The translations under genes and the position numbers were made by a program. The notes under the pieces were generated by a model. That model ran no database searches. It saw only the letters and a list, made by a program, of their open reading frames with translations, and was not told the origin of the DNA. A stretch of DNA of 32,000 nt. It comes from Verrucomicrobiota bacterium (GTDB lineage Bacteria > Verrucomicrobiota > Verrucomicrobiia > Chthoniobacterales > UBA6821). The stretch is taken from contig WBXG01000008.1 of assembly GCA_008932965.1 (NCBI GenBank), forward strand, positions 5,023 to 37,022. The letters are read 5' to 3'. Numbering within the stretch: position 1 is the stretch's first letter; each line of letters begins with the position of its first letter. Shown here piece by piece: positions 9,169-16,055 of this stretch.

Positions 9169-10047
9169 TTGAATGCATCTATGATAGAAAAAGAATTACC
9201 TGCTTTGAGGCAATTTCATGCCTCAGTAGGTATTCTTGGACTTGGTATTATCGGAAAGCGGGTTGCAGAGATACTACAGAATGATAAGACCTTCTCTGTC
9301 TTTGTTTGGAACCGTTCTCCACGGTCACTTCCAAATTTCCTGGCCTCTCCTCAAGCAGTTGCAGAATCAGCAGCGATTCTTCAACTTTTTGTGAGAGATG
9401 GAGTCGCCCTACTCGAGGTTCTCGAGCAGCTCTCTCCTGCATTAAATTCGTCTCACCTTGTCTTAAACCATGCAACTGTAAGTCCACAAGAGACCCTTCA
9501 AGCCGCAGCCCTGGTCAATAAAAGAGGTGCTCAATTTTTAGATGCTCCTTTCACTGGAAGCAGGGATGCTGCTGCTGCTGGAAAATTGGTTTATTACTTG
9601 GGTGGCTCATCTGAAGCAATCGAAAAGGTCACGCCACTTCTAAAGCTTTCTTCAAAAGAGATTCTCCCTATGGGGGCCATTGGTTCTGCAACTACAGTGA
9701 AAATTGCAACTAACATGATCACCGCTGCTCAAGTCAACGCTCTCACAGAGGCCTTAACACTGCTTCAACTCACAAAAATCCCTTTGCAATCTTTACATCA
9801 AGCGTTGATTCACAATGCTGCCTATTCGCCAGTCATTGCAATGAAATTACCACTGATGTTACAAGGTAATTTTGAACCTCATTTTTCTACTAAAAATATG
9901 TTTAAGGACCTCTCTCTTGCTCTTGATCTTGCTAAAGAGCATAGCGTTGCACTTCCTTTAACAGCCACTACAGCGGCAGCCCTGGAGAATTTGATCTCTC
10001 AAGGTTTAGGGGATCAAGACTTTTCTGCATTAGCCCATTCTCTCTAA
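9169..10047 (+). CDS. NAD(P)-dependent beta-hydroxyacid dehydrogenase family oxidoreductase (3-hydroxyisobutyrate / 6-phosphogluconate dehydrogenase NAD-binding type)
   Basis: It has an N-terminal Rossmann motif GILGLGIIGKRVA, the motif LDAPFTGS, and the family's helical C-terminal domain. The start is ambiguous between the TTG at 9169 and the ATG at 9181. Confidence 0.7.
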   Translation: MNASMIEKELPALRQFHASVGILGLGIIGKRVAEILQNDKTFSVFVWNRSPRSLPNFLASPQAVAESAAILQLFVRDGVALLEVLEQLSPALNSSHLVLNHATVSPQETLQAAALVNKRGAQFLDAPFTGSRDAAAAGKLVYYLGGSSEAIEKVTPLLKLSSKEILPMGAIGSATTVKIATNMITAAQVNALTEALTLLQLTKIPLQSLHQALIHNAAYSPVIAMKLPLMLQGNFEPHFSTKNMFKDLSLALDLAKEHSVALPLTATTAAALENLISQGLGDQDFSALAHSL

Positions 10048-11183
10048 TGCTCTCAAACAGGAAGGATCCTCTTATTCCTGCTCTTGGTACTATGAGTGCG
10101 TTAGAAAATAAAGCTCTCTTAAAAAAAGCTCGGAGTGAGGGTGGCGCTTTTGCCACCGCTCCCTCTTCGTATCTCCGTGTGAGTGGAGCAGATCGTCTGC
10201 GATATTTAAATGGTCAAATCACAGCCGACCTTCGCAAGCTTTCTTTAGGGCATTCCTTGTCAGCGTGTCTACTGACTCCCAAAGGTCGTCTTGTAGCACT
10301 CCTCAGCATTACAATCGAGGGAGAGGCATTCTTAATTGAGACAGATCCTTTGATGGAAAAGGTCGTTTTAGAGCGTCTTGAACGCTATCTTGTTGCCGAC
10401 GATGTCGTCATTGAAGTGATCACTCCTCCTGATACTATCCATTTTTTTGGACCTCTTGCGCATCATCCTGAGATTGAGAATGCCCCTGGCACTCTGATTT
10501 CACGCATCGGTTTTCCCGGAAAGGATCTCACTCAGATCTTTCATACTGATTCTAATGCGTCTTGCAAAAGCCTCATAGATACAACCGGCTCGAACTTTTG
10601 TTCAAGTGGTATGAAACATATAGCCGTTGTTGAGGATCCTCCCCTTCCTAATCTGCATCAGCCTTTGCAGTCTCCTCAACACGATGAGTATGAAATATCC
10701 GACCTGGAGACCGCACGATTTTCCTCTTTGCCTTCAATTGGTCCGACAATATTACTTTCTCCCAATCTCGTAGAAATTCTGCGTATTGAGCAAAAAATTC
10801 CACGTTGGGGTTTTGAACTCACAAGTGAGACCTTACCTCCAGAAGCACGACTCGAAGAAAAATGTATCGACTATGAAAAAGGATGTTACCTTGGCCAAGA
10901 GGTTATTTCACGCCTCAAGAGTCTAGGCCATGTCAATCGCCTGCTCTATGGCTTTACTTCCAAAGAGAAAATCCTCCCTGGTATGGATATTTATATAAAA
11001 GAAGACCCATCACAAAGTGTTGGAATCATTACTAGTGCAGCATTGCAAATCGATTCTGGCTCCTTTATTGCTCTTGGCTATTTGCGACGCGGAAGTGAAA
11101 ATCGATCTCATTATATTGCTCAAGATCCTAAGTCAGTCCATCAAAGTAATATCATCATTAATAACACTCTCTCCTCTCAATAA
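10047..11183 (+). CDS. ygfZ: Folate-binding YgfZ / GcvT-family protein (Fe-S cluster repair / tRNA-modification associated)
   Basis: The hallmark KGCYxGQE motif is present (YEKGCYLGQEV), and the N-terminal region LRVSGADRLRYLNGQITAD is typical. The ATG overlaps the upstream TAA by 1 nt (TAATG). An alternative start lies at 10092. Confidence 0.8.
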   Translation: MLSNRKDPLIPALGTMSALENKALLKKARSEGGAFATAPSSYLRVSGADRLRYLNGQITADLRKLSLGHSLSACLLTPKGRLVALLSITIEGEAFLIETDPLMEKVVLERLERYLVADDVVIEVITPPDTIHFFGPLAHHPEIENAPGTLISRIGFPGKDLTQIFHTDSNASCKSLIDTTGSNFCSSGMKHIAVVEDPPLPNLHQPLQSPQHDEYEISDLETARFSSLPSIGPTILLSPNLVEILRIEQKIPRWGFELTSETLPPEARLEEKCIDYEKGCYLGQEVISRLKSLGHVNRLLYGFTSKEKILPGMDIYIKEDPSQSVGIITSAALQIDSGSFIALGYLRRGSENRSHYIAQDPKSVHQSNIIINNTLSSQ

Positions 11184-11189
11184 AAGAAT

Positions 11190-11789
11190 ATGCGTTTTTT
11201 CCCTACTTCTCTTTTTCTAGGTGTGGTTCTTTTTCTAACTGCCTGTGCTACACAACCCATTTCTACATCTTCCTCCCAAGTAGCAGTGATGCTCGTTCGT
11301 ATTGGAAATCAAAAAGAGCAACGACGTGTGGTAATCGCCTTTAATGAAAAAGCAGCTCCACAAACAGTCGCAAATTTTAAACAATTAGTGGCACGCCATT
11401 ACTATAACGGTCTTCTTTTTTATCGAGCCTTTCCTCACTCGCTTGTACAAACAGGGGATCCTCATACCCGCTACCGTGAACATGATAATTCTGGCACAGG
11501 AGGTCCAGGATATACCATTCCGGCCGAAATTAGGCTCCCTCACATCAAGGGAGCTGTAGCAGCCTCACGGCTACCTGACAAAATCAATCCTCTCCGTGCT
11601 TCTAATGGGAGTCAGTTTTATATCTGCTTAGAGCCAATGCCACAGCTTGACGGACAATACACAGTCTTTGGACATGTTACTGAGGGAATGGATGTTTTGG
11701 AATCGATGAGTCTTCTTCCTACCAACAGCAATAATTTTCCTGTAGAAAAAGTTGTTATTACCTCTTTGACATTGGAGAGCATTCTTTAA
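11190..11789 (+). CDS. Cyclophilin-type peptidyl-prolyl isomerase, probable lipoprotein
   Basis: It has a lipobox-like LFLTAC, and the cyclophilin motifs FYRAFPHSLVQTGDP, GSQFYICL and YTVFGHV. Confidence 0.88.
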   Translation: MRFFPTSLFLGVVLFLTACATQPISTSSSQVAVMLVRIGNQKEQRRVVIAFNEKAAPQTVANFKQLVARHYYNGLLFYRAFPHSLVQTGDPHTRYREHDNSGTGGPGYTIPAEIRLPHIKGAVAASRLPDKINPLRASNGSQFYICLEPMPQLDGQYTVFGHVTEGMDVLESMSLLPTNSNNFPVEKVVITSLTLESIL

Positions 11790-11812
11790 TAGATTTTTAT
11801 AAAATTAAAATT

Positions 11813-12148
11813 ATGAGCACGACAATTGGATCAACATCACGACCAACAGGAGGACTGGCCAGTACATCTAATAAACCGGCGGAAGCTCCCTCAAGCTCCA
11901 AAGGATTAAAAACAAATCCTCCTGCAGGAATTTTTGCTAACCGTGTTATTTCTCAGACAAAAAATCTAGGGCCTAAAGTGCCTGCTAAAAATAATAAATT
12001 TCCAGCTTCTGATATAAGGCGTTATGCTCCAGCACCTCCTTTAACAGAAGAGCAAGTGAGAGTAAGGGATTTTGTTCCTTTTAAAGACCTCCTAGAAGCA
12101 ACTTTTTTAGATAATCCAGAAGGAACTATTGCAACTGTTTTAGATTAA
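11813..12148 (+). CDS. Hypothetical small protein, Ser/Pro/Ala-rich and probably disordered
   Basis: This 111-aa ORF fills the gap after the cyclophilin gene on the same strand. I recognise no domain and see no clear RBS. Confidence 0.4.
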   Translation: MSTTIGSTSRPTGGLASTSNKPAEAPSSSKGLKTNPPAGIFANRVISQTKNLGPKVPAKNNKFPASDIRRYAPAPPLTEEQVRVRDFVPFKDLLEATFLDNPEGTIATVLD

Positions 12149-12171
12149 CTTGAGTAACCCATATCTTTGTA

Positions 12172-12301
12172 GCCTCGATATTTCATACTGATCGTGATGA
12201 AGAGGCCGCGAAGGCTGATGAGGCAAGTCAAAATAGGAGTCCAACGCAGTATCTATCTGACTTCTCGGCTAACGGAGTAGATTGGTATGAAATATGCGGG
12301 C
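12172..12301 (-). mobile_element. MITE-like repeat, copy 2 (130 bp, short form lacking the central palindrome), flanked by TA at 12170-12171 and 12302-12303
   Basis: The ends are gcctcgatatttcatactg and ggtatgaaatatgcgggc. The arms match the reverse complement of copies 1 and 5. For example, tatcagccttcgcggcctcttcatcacgatcagtatgaaatatcg here corresponds to tatcagccttcacggcctcctcgtcacgattcagtataaaatatctg in copy 1. Confidence 0.8.
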
Positions 12302-12825
12302 TAGGAGGAGAAAATAGAGAGCCCTTTTTCTTGATAGTGAAGCAGTTCTTGATAGAGCTGTTCTAGCCCGTTTGGAATAATACGAACTCCTGCAAGAAGA
12401 GGCATAAAATTTTGATCGTTTTCCCAGCGCGGAACGATATGAAGATGGAGATGGTCATCAGTACCTGCCCCACCAGCAGCCCCAAGGTTCAAACCAAGAT
12501 TAAAGCCATGGGCATGCACCACTGCTTTGAGAAGTCGTTGTGCATGTATGGCAAGGTTCCATAAATCGAGTGCCTCTTCCTCTGAGAGGTCACTCATTTC
12601 TGCTGTTTTTCGATAAGGAACAGCCATGAGATGTCCAGTTGTGTAGGGATACTTATTAAGGATCAGGAAAGCATTTTTACGACGAGTAACTACTAAGTGA
12701 GCTGCATCATCTGAGCTGTGAGCTGCTTCAAGTAAGAAATCATGATTCGATTGATGATCACGTTGGAAGTACTCTACCCTCCATGGTGCCCAGAGGGTTT
12801 CAAGGTTTTTTTTAGGAAATTCCAT
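12301..12825 (-). CDS. HIT-family nucleotide hydrolase/transferase
   Basis: The histidine triad HLHLHIVPR is present, and the N-terminal WAPWRVEY is typical of bacterial HIT/Ap4A-type proteins. Confidence 0.85.
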   Translation of the reverse strand: MEFPKKNLETLWAPWRVEYFQRDHQSNHDFLLEAAHSSDDAAHLVVTRRKNAFLILNKYPYTTGHLMAVPYRKTAEMSDLSEEEALDLWNLAIHAQRLLKAVVHAHGFNLGLNLGAAGGAGTDDHLHLHIVPRWENDQNFMPLLAGVRIIPNGLEQLYQELLHYQEKGLSIFSS

Positions 12826-12833
12826 GATATTTT

Positions 12834-14054
12834 TTATAAAGCCGAGATTATGGTAGCTGCAGCCTTATGGTAAGCTCCTTGGCCATGAAGTGTGGAAGTA
12901 ACTTCTGTAAGTTGTTTGCTGACCTGTTCGCAGGCTTGGGGATCTGTTAAATATCGCAGGGCCTCCTCTGCAAGTGCTCTTGGTGTTGCCTCCCTTTGTA
13001 TAAATTCCCTTACAATAAGATGACCTGCTAAGATATTGATAATTCCTAAAAAAGGGACACGAATCAATTGTTTTCCTACGACATAAGTCAGCCAAGCAAC
13101 CTTATAAACAAGGGCATAGGGAAGGGCGTAACAAGCTGCCTCCAGAGTTGCTGTTCCTGAACAAACAAGACCAAAGGTGGCGCGTTGCATGAGTTCTGGA
13201 GCTTTTCCTATCGTGATGGATATTAGAACACCAGCTTCTCGGACCATTGATTGCATCATAGCAGCAAGATAAGGAGTTGCTGCTGCCGCTTCACATCGTA
13301 TTTTGGAATCTACTTGGGTAAGCTCTCGAAAAGCCTGAAGCATGATTGGAAAAAGGTGTCGCACTTCACGTTCTCGACTTCCAGGAAAAAGGCCTAGAAG
13401 GTCATTCTCTCGCAAAAGGGGAGGGGTCTCTTTTTGGGAGGCCATGATGGTTTCCACTAGGGGATGTCCTGCAAAGGTTGTTGGGAGTCCTGAGGATTCG
13501 TAAAGCTCTTTTTCAAATGGAAAGATACAAATCATCAGATCCAGTAGTCGTGCCATTTTTGGAATTCTGTTTTTATTCCAAGCCCAGACTTGGGGGCTGA
13601 TATAGTAAAAGATTTTTATGGGAAGCTTTTGACGGCGGATTGCTTGAGCTAGACGCAAGTTAAATCCTGGATAATCAATCAAGATGATGGCCTCTGGCTT
13701 CTCCTCTTGAAGCTGGAGCAGAAATTGAGAGAACTTGGCTCGAAAATAACTATATTTTTTAAGCACATCCCAAAGACCAACAACAGCCGATTCTTCAATC
13801 CAGTTTTCAAATTGCTTGATAGGGTGATGAGGATCTGTTGTTTGTGGGTGGAAGTTCGTGTTAGATGCTTCCTGATTTTCTAATTTAGAGCTTTCTATTT
13901 GCTTGCTCAGAAAAGCTATCTGCATCTTTGAACCACCTGCTCCAATAAAAGAGATAGAGGGAACTTTCTGGATCAAAGCCTGCATCAGGGCTGCCCCGTA
14001 CGTATCACCACTGGCTTCGCCCGAGAGAATGAATATTTTTAGAGAGTGATCCAA
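12834..14054 (-). CDS. lpxB: Lipid-A-disaccharide synthase
   Basis: The N-terminal IFILSGEASGDTYGAAL, ISPQVWAWNKNR and FPFEKELY motifs are typical of LpxB (GT19). The start is an apparent TTG at 14054, with no nearby ATG. Confidence 0.88.
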   Translation of the reverse strand: MDHSLKIFILSGEASGDTYGAALMQALIQKVPSISFIGAGGSKMQIAFLSKQIESSKLENQEASNTNFHPQTTDPHHPIKQFENWIEESAVVGLWDVLKKYSYFRAKFSQFLLQLQEEKPEAIILIDYPGFNLRLAQAIRRQKLPIKIFYYISPQVWAWNKNRIPKMARLLDLMICIFPFEKELYESSGLPTTFAGHPLVETIMASQKETPPLLRENDLLGLFPGSREREVRHLFPIMLQAFRELTQVDSKIRCEAAAATPYLAAMMQSMVREAGVLISITIGKAPELMQRATFGLVCSGTATLEAACYALPYALVYKVAWLTYVVGKQLIRVPFLGIINILAGHLIVREFIQREATPRALAEEALRYLTDPQACEQVSKQLTEVTSTLHGQGAYHKAAATIISAL

Positions 14055-14108
14055 AGGAAAAAATTTTTAAATATTACAGATTACGGGTGGATCTTAATCA
14101 TCATTTAG

Positions 14109-15044
14109 TCATGCTTTGATTTCAGCGTTTTTCTCTTGAATCAATGTGGTGATCTTGAGTGCTAGTTCTAAAGCTGCAGCTGCTTCATGGCCTGTGACAC
14201 GTGGTTGAATGCCAGTGCGCGCACATTCGATAAATGCTGCAAGTTCGCGTTGCAGCGGCTCTCCTTTAATCACTGTCACTCGCTTGCGTTGGATCTCTTT
14301 TCCATTCAAACGGAGCATATATCCATTTTGTTTTTGGTAGTCTAGGGAGAGGTAGGCATCTTCTTGAAAGATACGAATTTTTCGGACTCGATCACGACTG
14401 ATACGACTGGCAGTGAGGTTAGCCACACATCCATTCTCAAAATGAAGGCGCACATTAGCAATATCCTCTCCACGGCTTAGAACGGGTATTCCAACCGGAT
14501 CAATACTCACAACGGGCGAGCGCACAAGATGCAAAATAATTTCTAAGTCATGAATCATCAAATCTAAGACGACCCCAATATCGATACTGCGATTGGGATA
14601 GGGAGAAATACGGGTTACTTCAAGAAAACGGGGGTTTTTGAGTTGTTCCTCAAGAGCCTCAAGAGCTGGATTGAAGCGCTCGACATGACCTACTTGAAGG
14701 ATTGCATGATGTTCACTTGCGATTACAGCTAACTCTTGAGCGTGTTCTGTAGTACTAGCAAGTGGTTTTTCAATGAGAAGATGTTTTCCTTTGCGTAGAA
14801 GAATGCTTCCGATTTCATGATGTGATTCTGTCGGTGTGGCTAGGGTTGCTGCTTCTACAAGGCTGGAAAATTCCTCCAGAGACTCACATGCTTTTGCACC
14901 ATATTTTGCAGCTACTTTTTGGGCAGCACGTTTGTCCGCATCAAGAATCGCCACTAGGTTGCAATGGGGTAGTTCTGAATAAAGACGAGCATGGTTAATT
15001 CCAATGTGCCCGATGCCAACAACACCAACATTGATATTTTTCAT
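14109..15044 (-). CDS. Gfo/Idh/MocA-family NAD(P)-dependent oxidoreductase embedded in the lipid A cluster
   Basis: The Rossmann motif INVGVVGIGHIG lies right after the ATG at 15044, and the EKP motif (LIEKPLA) is typical of the family. The ORF-track GTG at 15098 would overlap lpxI by 28 nt, so I prefer 15044. Confidence 0.8.
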   Translation of the reverse strand: MKNINVGVVGIGHIGINHARLYSELPHCNLVAILDADKRAAQKVAAKYGAKACESLEEFSSLVEAATLATPTESHHEIGSILLRKGKHLLIEKPLASTTEHAQELAVIASEHHAILQVGHVERFNPALEALEEQLKNPRFLEVTRISPYPNRSIDIGVVLDLMIHDLEIILHLVRSPVVSIDPVGIPVLSRGEDIANVRLHFENGCVANLTASRISRDRVRKIRIFQEDAYLSLDYQKQNGYMLRLNGKEIQRKRVTVIKGEPLQRELAAFIECARTGIQPRVTGHEAAAALELALKITTLIQEKNAEIKA

Positions 15045-15070
15045 AGGAGGATTGATTTCTTGCTTTGCTA

Positions 15071-15976
15071 CTAATGATTCTGCTTTGAAACTCCCCACAA
15101 CGTGATGCCGAGCTCGCTTGCACGCTGCTGGAGCTTTTCTTTTTCAAGGAGTAAAGTGACATTTGCCTCTAGAGCGATCAGTGTGACTCCTGATACAGCT
15201 GCTGTCTCTAGGGTGCGTATCCCAATGACTGGAACATCAAAGCGCATATCGTGATGGGGTTTAGAAACCTTCACCATACATGCCTTGCCTTGGCCTAGCA
15301 TTCCTCCACGTTTAATGGTCTCATCGGTTCCTTCAAAACCTTCCACAGCAAGTACCGTTCCACGTTTGACAACGACGGTTTGACCAATGTTAAGTCGACT
15401 GACCTCTTTGGCGATACCATGACCCAAAGTAATATCCTCGAGCTGACGGGCATTAGGCTTGGGACCTGCAATGAGTCCAGGAGAGGCTAAGTGGCTTTCT
15501 AAAAAAGTTGTAGCTGGAAGAAGTGTCACTCCTGCTTTTTCCAATTCAGATGCTAATGTTGCAAAAAGAGTTTCTGCATTGCGTTCTTTGAGTTGTGCAA
15601 GAAGAAGGAGTGTTTTGAAATCAGGACGTAAATCAAAAAGATTTTTTGGGGCAATCTGACCAGCCATGATTCCGTGAATTGCTCCGCTTGTACGGGAAGC
15701 ATTGAGTAACTTTCCAACCTGGCCTACACGCATCCAAATGATTTGATCAACATAGTCTGCTAATGTTGGATCTGTCTCGTTTTCAAAGGCAGCAACCACA
15801 ATACGTTCTACGCCTGCCGTGCGTGCCTCCTGCGCAACGAGGAAAGGATACTTTCCATTGCCTGCAATGAGGAAGAGGCTGGAAACAGAAGGCTGGAGGT
15901 TAGAGCTCGAAGGCATATTAGCTCGAAGATTGAATTTCATAGTGTTCTTTTCTATCTTGATGGATTTTTCTGACAC
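15071..15976 (-). CDS. lpxI: UDP-2,3-diacylglucosamine pyrophosphatase LpxI (DUF1009 family)
   Basis: The LIAGNGKYPFLVAQEAR N-terminal motif and the placement between leuS and lpxB fit the LpxI family. The start is uncertain among GTG 15976, ATG 15940 and ATG 15916. Confidence 0.75.
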   Translation of the reverse strand: MSEKSIKIEKNTMKFNLRANMPSSSNLQPSVSSLFLIAGNGKYPFLVAQEARTAGVERIVVAAFENETDPTLADYVDQIIWMRVGQVGKLLNASRTSGAIHGIMAGQIAPKNLFDLRPDFKTLLLLAQLKERNAETLFATLASELEKAGVTLLPATTFLESHLASPGLIAGPKPNARQLEDITLGHGIAKEVSRLNIGQTVVVKRGTVLAVEGFEGTDETIKRGGMLGQGKACMVKVSKPHHDMRFDVPVIGIRTLETAAVSGVTLIALEANVTLLLEKEKLQQRASELGITLWGVSKQNH

Positions 15977-16055
15977 GAACTTTTAAGTGATTTGATCGTT
16001 AAAAAACGCGTTGCCCTTTGTTCTTCACTCTTTACGTTGTAGCTGGAAACGCCAG

